Shown: piece by piece, positions 51,401-61,500 of the stretch
Layout of the letters: the number at the start of each line of letters is the position of its first letter
Position numbering within the stretch: the first letter of the stretch is position 1
Origin: Macrostomum lignano
Taxonomy: Eukaryota
Direction of reading: 5' to 3'
Length of the DNA stretch: 64,000 bases
Assembly: GCA_002269645.1 (NCBI GenBank)
Contig: NIVC01002095.1
Location: 1 to 64,000, forward strand
The notes under the pieces: model-generated
What the model was told of the DNA's origin: nothing
The model's database searches: none
The model's input: only the letters and a program-made list of their open reading frames with translations
Program-made: the position numbers and the translations under genes

Positions 51401-54400
51401 ACCTGTTAGACAGAGTGTGTCACCTGTTAGACAGAGTTTGTCACCTGTTAGACAGAGTTTGTCACCTGTTAGACACAAATGGATCACCTGTTAGACACAA
51501 GTGGATCACCTGTTAGACACAAGTGGATAACCTGTTAGACACAAAGGGATCACCTGTTAGACACAAATGGATCACCTGTTAGACACAAGTGGATCACCTG
51601 TTAGACACAAGTAGATCACCTGTTAGACACAAAGGGATCACCTGTTAGACACAAGTGGATCACCTGTTAGACACAAATGGATCACCTGTTAGACACAAGT
51701 GGATCACCTGTTAGACACAAATTGGTCACCTGTTAGACACAAAGGGATCACCTGTTAGACACAAATGGGTCACCTGTTAGACACAAATGGATCACCTGTT
51801 AGACACAAGTGGATCACCTGTTAGACACAAATGGGTCACCTGTTAGACACAAGTGGATCACCTGTTAGACACAAATGGATCACCTGTTAGACACAAATGG
51901 ATCACCTGTTAGACACAAGTGGATCACCTGTTAGACACAACTGGGTCACCTGTTAGACACAAATGGATCACCTGTTAGACACAAATGGGTCACCTGTTAG
52001 ACACAAATGGATCACCTGTTAGACACAAATGGGTCACTTGTTAGACTGAGTGTCACCCGTTCTCACTCGCAGAGCCCCCCGTCACCCTGGACTCACCGTG
52101 CGACCCTGCGGCCGAAGGACTTTATGTTGGCCGCCGACCTCGCGTTGGCGAGGGCAACATTCTGCGACTGCAGAACATCCTCACCATCAAGGCCGACCTC
52201 TACGAGGAGAAGAAGGTTTGGGATGAGCGGCTATCAGTCTGGTATCTTTTTAGTCCATAGAAAACAATACCGCCATCCTAAATCCTAAAAGATGTAGCTT
52301 CCATCCCAGCCAGATCCCAGATCCACCATCTCAGATTCCACCATCTCAAATCCCATCATCTCAGATCCCAGATCCCATAATCTCAGATCCCAGATCCCAT
52401 TATCTCCGATCCAAGATCCCAGATCACAGTTTGCCAGATCCCAGGTCCAACCATTTCAGATCCCAGATCCCAGATCCCACCATCTCACATCCCAGATTCC
52501 AGATCCCACCATCTCACATCCCAGATCCAATTATCTCAGATCCCAGATCTCAGTTTACCTGATCCCAGATCCCACGATCTCATATCCCAGATCCCAGATG
52601 CCATTATCTCAGATCCCAGATTCCAGATCCCACCATCTCACATACCAGATTCCAGATCCCACCATCTCACATCCCAGATCCAATTATCTCAGATCCCAGA
52701 TCTCAGTTTACTTGATCCCAGATCCCACCATCTCATATCCCAGATCCCAGATGCCATTATCTCAGATCCCAGATCCCAGATCTCAGTTTGCCAGATCCCA
52801 GATCCAACCATTTCAGATCCCAGATCCAACCATTTCAGATCCCAGATCCAACCATTTCAGATCCCAGATCCAACCATTTCAGATCCCAGATCCAACCATT
52901 TCAGATCCCAGATCCAACCATTTCAGATCCCAGATCCAACCATTTCAGATCCCAGATCCTATCGTCTCAGATCCCAGACCCATTATCTCAGATCCCAGAT
53001 TCCAGATCCCATTATCTCAGATCTAAGATCCCAGATCTCAGTTTGCCAGTTTGCCAGATCCCAGTTTGCCAGATGCCAGTTTGCCAGATGCCAGTTTGCC
53101 AGATGCCAGTTTTCCAGATCCCAGTTTGCCAGATGCCAGTTTGCCAGATGCCAGTTTGCCAGATGCCAGTTTGCCAGATCCCAGTTTGCCAGATCTCAGT
53201 TTGCCAGATCCCAGTTTGCCAGATCCCAGGTCCAACCATTTCAGATCCCAGATCCTATCGTCTCAGATCCCAGACCCATTATCTCAGATCCCAGATTCCA
53301 GATCCCATTATCTCAGATCTAAGATCCCAGATCTCAGTTTGCCAGTTTGCCAGATGCCAGTTTGCCAGATGCCAGTTTGCCAGATGCCAGTTTACCAGAT
53401 GCCTGTTTGCCAGATCCCAGTTTTCCAGATCCCAGTTTGCCAGATGCCAGTTTGCCAGATCCCGCCAACTGCCCTCACCAGGACTGGATCGGCGAGGACG
53501 GCCAGCTGCGCATCTTGCCCGATCCTCTCCGCGACGTGCCGATGCGGCCGCTGATATTCGAGGAGGAGCTGGAGGACCCGACTCAGCAGCCGCCGGAGCT
53601 GCAGCGCGAGTACCGGTCAGCACGCCGCTGGGATTCGCCATTTGCCAATCTGGAACGCGAGACGCCCTGGCAACTAGAGGTGGACATTGGCAGCGTGCAG
53701 TTCCTGGCGCACCCGCTGTTCACCCTGGAGCACTCGGCCGTCAGCCGGCTACGGCAGCTGTACGCGGTGTACGCGAAATTCGAGAAGCTCAACTTCCCGG
53801 CCTACTTCCGGGACCGAGTTGCGGCGATCCGTCGGGAGCTGGGCAAGCTCGACCAGGAGGTGGCCCGGCAGGAGCGAAGCCAGCAGCGCAACCAGCGGGT
53901 CCTGGCCGACTGCCGGGCTCGCATCGACGTGTTTCGCTCCGAGCTGGAGACCACCAGGCAGTCTCGGCTGCGGGCGGAGGCTGAGCACTACTCCCGGCTG
54001 ATTGAGCTGATCGAGGCCTGGCGCGAGGTGCGAACAATCAGACAGGAGGCCGGCTTCTCGGTCACGGATGTGAGTGGCGCATCGGTGTGGGGATTTTCTT
54101 GTAGCTTACACTGATCTACCAAATCTACCAAATCTGCCCAAATCTACCAAATCTACCAAATCTACCGAATCTGCCCAAATCTACCAAATCTACCCGAATC
54201 TACCGATTCTACCAAATCTATCAAATCTATCAAATCTACCAATTCAAACAAATCTACCGAATCTGCCCATATCTACCAAATCTACCGAATCTGCCCAAAT
54301 CTACCAAATCTACCCGAATCTACCGATTCTACCAAATCTACCAAATCTATCAAATCTACCAAATCTATCAAATCTACCAATTCAAACAAATCTACCGAAT

Positions 54401-57400
54401 CTATCAAATCTATCAAATCTACCAATTCAAACAAATCTACCGAATCTGCCCAAATCTACCAAATCTACCGAATCTGCCCAAATCTACCAAATCTACCCGA
54501 ATCTACCGATTCTACCAAATCTACCAAATCTATCAAATCTACCAATTCAAACAAATCTACCGAATCTATCAAATCTATCAAATCTACCAATTCAAGCAAA
54601 TCTACCAAATCTACCAAATCTGCCAAATCTACCCGAATCTACCAATTTTACCAAATCTACCAATTTTAACAAATCTACCAATTTTACTAAATCTACCAAA
54701 TCTATCCGAATCTACCAATTCTACCAATTCTACCAATTCTACCAAATCTATCGAATCTACCAAATCTACCAAATCTGCCAAATTTACCAAATCAAACAAA
54801 TCTACAAAATCTAATAAAAATCTATGAAATCTACCAATTCAAACAAATCTACCAAATCTACCAAATCTACTAAATCTACCAAATCTACCAAAACTATCAA
54901 ATTAATTTATATATAAAATCTACCAGAACTACTATGGGGCCGTAGCCCAGTGGTCCAGTGCGGCGCTCTGATGCGCCAGCGGCCCAGGCTCGATTCCAAG
55001 TGCAGTCGCATTAATTTGTGGCTAAATTGGAATCTCGACTCTGCTAAATTGTCTCTGCTCGTGCAATTAACGCTTAGCTTGAGGCCCAACCCCCAAAGGC
55101 ACAGTAAAGTGTACATGGCTAATGATAAACAATGTAATATTCCTGCACGAAAACGAGTGCGTCAATGGCAAAAGCACGAGTGCGCGAAGCGCACGAGTGC
55201 ATTTTGCCATAGACGCACGAGTTTGCGTGTAGGAAAATCATTGTCTTTTGACCATAGACAAAGTCATTCCTGCACGGTTTTCGAGAAACGTTAAGAAGAG
55301 ATGAAAATTGAGTGGAGAGTTTATAGAAAAGTGTATAAAGCTTATTGACTATGGCGTCTGTAATCGAATCGGCTCTGAATCCTCCATAAATTGATTTTCG
55401 CTACGCTACGGTGTCTGGATTAAGTGGCGACGAAATGTTTATTGAAAGTGTGTTCAGCATTGTGTGCGACCTACAGTTGTTACGGAGCTGCATGAAGCTG
55501 GCTTTTCTGTCGAAAAAATTGCGAAGGTGACAGGTCACAAGGTGAGCAATTCTTTATTCTTAGTAAGTTTATTGACACATGGACAAGGAATTTATTAAAC
55601 ACCACCTCTATTCACAGAATAGCGCGTCGGTAGAACGATACATCCGGAGAGGCAAGAAGAGGGACTCGATCATGGCAGGGATGAGTGATCAGCTGACAGT
55701 CGCTCTAGCTGGAACTATGCCGGCACCAAGTTCTACATTGAGCGAAGCTCCTGCAAGGGCTGTTACAACTACCGACCCGTGCGCCCTGAGCGACGCTCCT
55801 ACAAGGGCTGTTGCGACTACCGACCCGTGCGGATCAGCGTCAATGTCAACTGTCAAGAAGTCACTGGTTGTTGAAGAATCGACCACCGCACTTGTAGCAG
55901 CCCCCACTAAGCGGATGAAGATTTTGGCAAACGGCGAAACGAATGTTGTGCAGTTTATTTTCGAGTAAATGCCGAGAGGGGTGTGAGTAGGTCTATAGAC
56001 TCATTAACTGTTTCCCTAGTTCCACTTATTATCCTTTTTGTTCTTCCATATTGTTATTGATTACATATTCAGTTGCTTCTAAAAATAAATTCTTAAATCG
56101 TGCAGGAATGAAGTCATTCCTGCACGATAAGCTAACGTATGTCAATTGATTTCTACCATAGACACAGACATTCCTGCACGATAATAAATCGAAAAAATCA
56201 TTCCTGCACGCTGTGGTCAAACGACAATGTTAGGACCGCGCTGTGCACTCCTGCGTGAGTGAGTGCCTGTGCGTATGACTGCGTACGTATCCGCGCGCTT
56301 GTATGCCTGCTCAGGGGAGTCGGCGGAATGGGCAGCAATGCCTCTCGCCGGCTGTGCGACAAAGTCGCTTAAAGTGCACCAGGGTGCTCACAGCCTCTCG
56401 CCTCTGATAAAACTAAAACAACGCCGGCACGGCAGATTCGCTGCGACATCGAGGAGACGGTGCAGAGCAAGTCGCAGGACGAACAGGACCGGCGCGCCGA
56501 GGTGGCCGAGTGGCTGGAGGAGCGGCGGGCGGCGGCGCAGACCCGCTACGAGCGCCAGATGGAGGCCTACGCTGTCGAACGTCGAGATTTTGAAACCCGC
56601 CGCGAAGAGTACGAAAGAGTCCGGCTACGGATGGAGCAGTCCGGACTCGAGACTGCCGACTTTGAGGAGCAGCCGCCGGTGGAGCCGCAGATGGAGAGTC
56701 TGGAGGAGTTCGGCCAGCAGCTCGACCGGCTGGTGCGGCTGGGCGAGGACGAGCACGGTCAGGTCACGTGCCTTCGGCGACAGCCCGGCGAGCCGTTGGT
56801 TCGATTTCGTCTGTTGGAGAATTCCAACGTACCGACGCCATTGGATCAGATCCCGGCGTGAGTTTTGGCCACGCGTTGAACGACTTTAGGACGTTTATCC
56901 ACAGAAACAGCTGTCCTTAGCAACAGTTGCCCTTAGCAACAGTTGCCCTTAGCAACAGTTGCCCTTAGCAACAGTTGCCGTTAGCAACGGTTACCCCTAG
57001 CAATGGTTGTCCTTAGAAACGTTGGGTTGCAGAAACGGTTGCCCTTAGCAACGGTTGCTGCCCCTAGCAACGGTTTCTGCCCTTATCAACGGTTGCTGCC
57101 CCTAGCGACGGTTTCTGCTCTTAGCAACGATTGCCTAGCAACGGTTGCCCTTAGAAACGTTTGGCTATAGAAACGGTTGCCAAGCAAACCGAAATAGAGA
57201 CGGCTCATTAAACGATTTAACCTTAGCAGCAGTGATCGTCGGATGGACACTTTCAAAAGTACTTACACTGTTCTAGCAACTTTATAACTTTTACCTTAGA
57301 AACGGTTTCATAGCACCCACACACTGTAGCATCCATTTCCTAGACTACTTAGTCGTCAAATATCTGCGCTTTCCTAGCAACTAAATTTCCCATGGTAACA

Positions 57401-58019
57401 CTTAAACCTACCGAAACCTAATCACCCATAGCAACACTACACCCAAAACTTTTGTATTTCAAACCAACTGAAACATCGATGCCATGCAGGCCTCACCGTC
57501 AAGCCGAGGAGCTTCGCCGCAACAAAATGGAGTCTTTGTTCACCTACTGCCTTCGAATCTATGCTGACGACAAACTGGTGGGGCCGACGGACTTTGTGTG
57601 AGCAATAAATCAATATGCATTTCGCACTACTGTCAAAATTTAATTTCGCGTGTAAAAAATAAGGAAAAATGCACGTCACCTACTTTAAGTAAAAAGTTAC
57701 ATACACTCGACACATTGCTTTTTTTCAGCACGCTGAGCTCTAATTTTATGCTGCACTTCAACCGTGTGAGCCTAGTTGAGGTTGTTCAACCGCCCACAAA
57801 GATACGGCTGGATCTTGTACAGTGCCAGCGAGGGCGGATAAGCACACAGACCAAGGTCATTGGTCACGTGACTCTGCCCAAACCGGACTCGCAGACCACC
57901 AGGGTGCAGGTGAGTCTCACGTCAGTAACTGACAAACAAACAAACAAACTAACTAACTAACTGACTAACTAACTAACTAACTAACTGGCTAACTAACTAA
58001 CTGACTAACTAACTAACTG

Positions 58020-58074
<55 letters not shown>

Positions 58075-58075
58075 G

Positions 58076-58114
<39 letters not shown>

Positions 58115-58115
58115 G

Positions 58116-58178
<63 letters not shown>

Positions 58179-58215
58179 GACTAACTAACTAACTAACTAA
58201 CTAACTGACTAACTG

Positions 58216-58258
<43 letters not shown>

Positions 58259-58347
58259 GACAAACTAACTAACTAACTGACTGACTGACTAACTGACTAA
58301 CTAACCAACTAACTGACTAACTAACTAACTAACTGACTGACTAACTG

Positions 58348-58378
<31 letters not shown>

Positions 58379-58379
58379 G

Positions 58380-58414
<35 letters not shown>

Positions 58415-58440
58415 GACTAACTAACTAACTGACTAACTAC

Positions 58441-58486
<46 letters not shown>

Positions 58487-58512
58487 GACTAACTAACTAA
58501 CTGACTAACTAC

Positions 58513-58566
<54 letters not shown>

Positions 58567-61500
58567 GACTAACTAAATAACTAACTGACTGACTGACTGA
58601 CTATCTAGCTAGCTGACTAACTATCCCGCAGGTGAACATGTCCGAGTTGCGGTTCACCTACAAATCCGATGACAGAGCTACCGCCGCCGGAGACGCCAAT
58701 CCTGCCGAAGCCGCCGCAGTCTTCGAAGGCGTTGTCAGGGCCCGCTGCGGCTGGCGCTGCGACTCGGACGGAAACATCCTCGCGCCGGCGCTGAAGGTGT
58801 ACGACCCCCAGCTGGAGATGTACATCGAAAACCCGGACGCCAGCCGGGACAAGCCGGTGCGACTCACCGAGCTGAAAGACCCGAACGATCCTTGGTATGT
58901 CCGGCTCAACTACCACGGCTACCTCGGTGAGGACGCGGACGCCGCAGCCAAAGTCGACTTGGCCGGATATTGTCGATTCAATTTCTTTGAAGAGGAATTC
59001 GACTTCTGCGGCAGAGAAGATTTAGAGGCCGACTCCAGGTTTAAGGCCATCGTCATGCGGGACCGCGCGCAGCTGACCACCGAGGTCACCAAGGGGGCTC
59101 CGATGCCTCCCTATGCTAGCATGATTAACCGGAAGTGGGTTGAGGTAAGCATAGGGCTTTAGTTTGAGTCGCTTGAGTACTTGGCACCACTCTTATAGTT
59201 GGGCGCCACTCTTCTTATAGTTGGGCGCCACTCTTCTTATAGTTGGGCGCCACTCTTCTTATAGTTGGGCGCCACTCTTCTTATAGTTGGGCGCCACTCT
59301 TCTTATAGTTGGGCGCCACTCTTCTTATAGTTGGGCGCCACTCTTCTTATAGTTGGGCGCCACTCTTCTTGCTGGTTGGGCGCCACTCTTCTTGCTAGTT
59401 GGGCGCCACTCTTCTTGCTAGTTGGGCGCCACTCTTCTTGCTAGTTGGGCGCCACTCTTCTTGCTAGTTGGGCGCCACTCTTCTTATAGTTGGGCGCCAC
59501 TCTTCTTGTTAGTTGGGCGCCACTCTTCTTATAGTTGGGCGCCACTCTTCTTATAGTAGGGCGCCACTCTTCTTATAGTATGGCGCCACTCTTCTTGTAG
59601 TTGGGCGCCACTCTTCTTGTTAGTTGGGCGCCACTCTTCTTATAGTTGGGCGCCACTCTTCTTATAGTAGGGCGCCACTCTTCTTATAGTATGGCGCCAC
59701 TCTTCTTGTAGTTGGGCGCCACTCTTCTTGTTAGTTGGGCGCCACTCTTCTTGTAGTTGGGCGCCACTCTTCTTGTTAGTTGGGCGCCACTCTTCTTATA
59801 GTTGGGCGCCACTCTTCTTGCTGGTTGGGCGCCACTCTTCTTGCTAGTTGGGCGCCACTCTTCTTATAGCTCGTAGTTGGGCGCCACTCTTCTTGCTGGT
59901 TGGGCGCCACTCTTCTTATAGTTGGGCGCCACTTTTCTTATAGTTGGGCGCCACTCTTCTTATAGTTGGGCGCCACTCTTCTTATAGTTGGGCGCCACTC
60001 TTCTTATAGTTGGGCGCCACTCTTCTTATAGTTGGGCGCCACTCTTCTTATAGTTGGGCGCCACTCTTCTTATAGTTGGGCGCCACTCTTCTTATAGTTG
60101 TGCGCCACTCTTCTTATAGTTATCTCCTTATAGTTGGTCGCAACTGTTTTTGTTGGGCGCCAAGTTTATAGCTGGGTTAGGCGTCAGTCTTTTTATAGTT
60201 GTGCGCCACTCTTCTTATAGTTGGGCGCCACTCTTCTTATAGTTGTGCGCCACTCTTCTTATAGTTATCTCCTTATAGTTGGTCGCAACTGTTTTTGTTG
60301 GGCGCCAAGTTTATAGCTGGGTTAGGCGTCAGTCTTTTTATAGTTGGGCGCCACTATTTCTATAGTTGGGCGCCATTCTTCTTATAGTTGAGCGCCATTC
60401 TTCTTATAGTTGAGCGCCATTCTTCTTATAGTTGAGTGCCATTCTTCTTATAGTTGGGCGCCACTCTTCTTATAGTTGGGCGCCACTCTTCTTATAGTTG
60501 GGCGCCACTCTTCTTATAGTTGGGCGCCACTCTTCTTATAGTTGGGCGCCACTCTATGTACTTAAGGATAATTCTCCTCAAACTGAAATTCTCCCCTCTC
60601 AGGACCCGAAACGCGAGCCAGATTCGGTGGTGAAGGCCCGCGTGAGCAAGCTGGAGAAGATGCGCCTAAACTACGAGCGCAAGATGGCGCACGTTCGCGA
60701 GCAGGTGTTGGACGCGTTCAACTTGGCTAAAAACTATCGCAGCTACGACGAAGTGATTAAGGAGGCGTCGGCTGTGTTCGTGAACATCTTCACCCTGATC
60801 CGATCGCTGTTTAGTCGCAAGCGGCCCCTCAAACCAATCCGAGAAGTGTCATCAAGTCCCACGCCATTCACCCCAGTTACTCAGCTCAATCTGTCAATCA
60901 ATATTCAAAACGGAGCGGACTTTCCTCAGCCGAACGATAAATCGGTTCTGAAACCGTTTGTTGAGGCGACTTTCCAGGTGAGTGTCTTGCTGACGGCTGA
61001 TTTTGTCTTTGTGGCATTTAGATTGAGAGGTTTTTAAAGCTGAATTTGGGGCAGTCAGACTAGCAGGTGAAACCGGTTAAAGGGTAAGAAAGGCTGATTA
61101 CCAGTTAAAGCAGGCTGATTACCAGGTGAAACAGGCTGATTACCAGGTGAAACAGGCTGATTACCAGGTGGAACAGGCTGATTACCAGATGAAACAGGCT
61201 GATTACCAGGTGAAACAGGCTCATTACCAGATGAAACAGGCTGATTACCAGATGAAACAGGCTGATTACCAGGTGGAACGGGCTGATTACCAGGTTAAAT
61301 TGCTGACTAACCGTTAGATCAGGCTGATACCAGGTAAAACAGGCTGATACCAGGTAAAACAGGCTGATACCAGGTAAAACAGATTGATCACCCGGTAAAA
61401 CAGGCTGATACCAGGTAAAACAGGCTGATACCAGGTAAAACAGGCTGATACCAGGTAAAACAGGCTGCTACCAGGTAAAACAGATTGATCACCCGGTAAA

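Noticed and set aside
57935-58620. (CTAA)n as an interstitial telomere
   Set aside because: The unit is TTAG, not TTAGG or TTAGGG, and it lies in an intron with normal exons on both sides.
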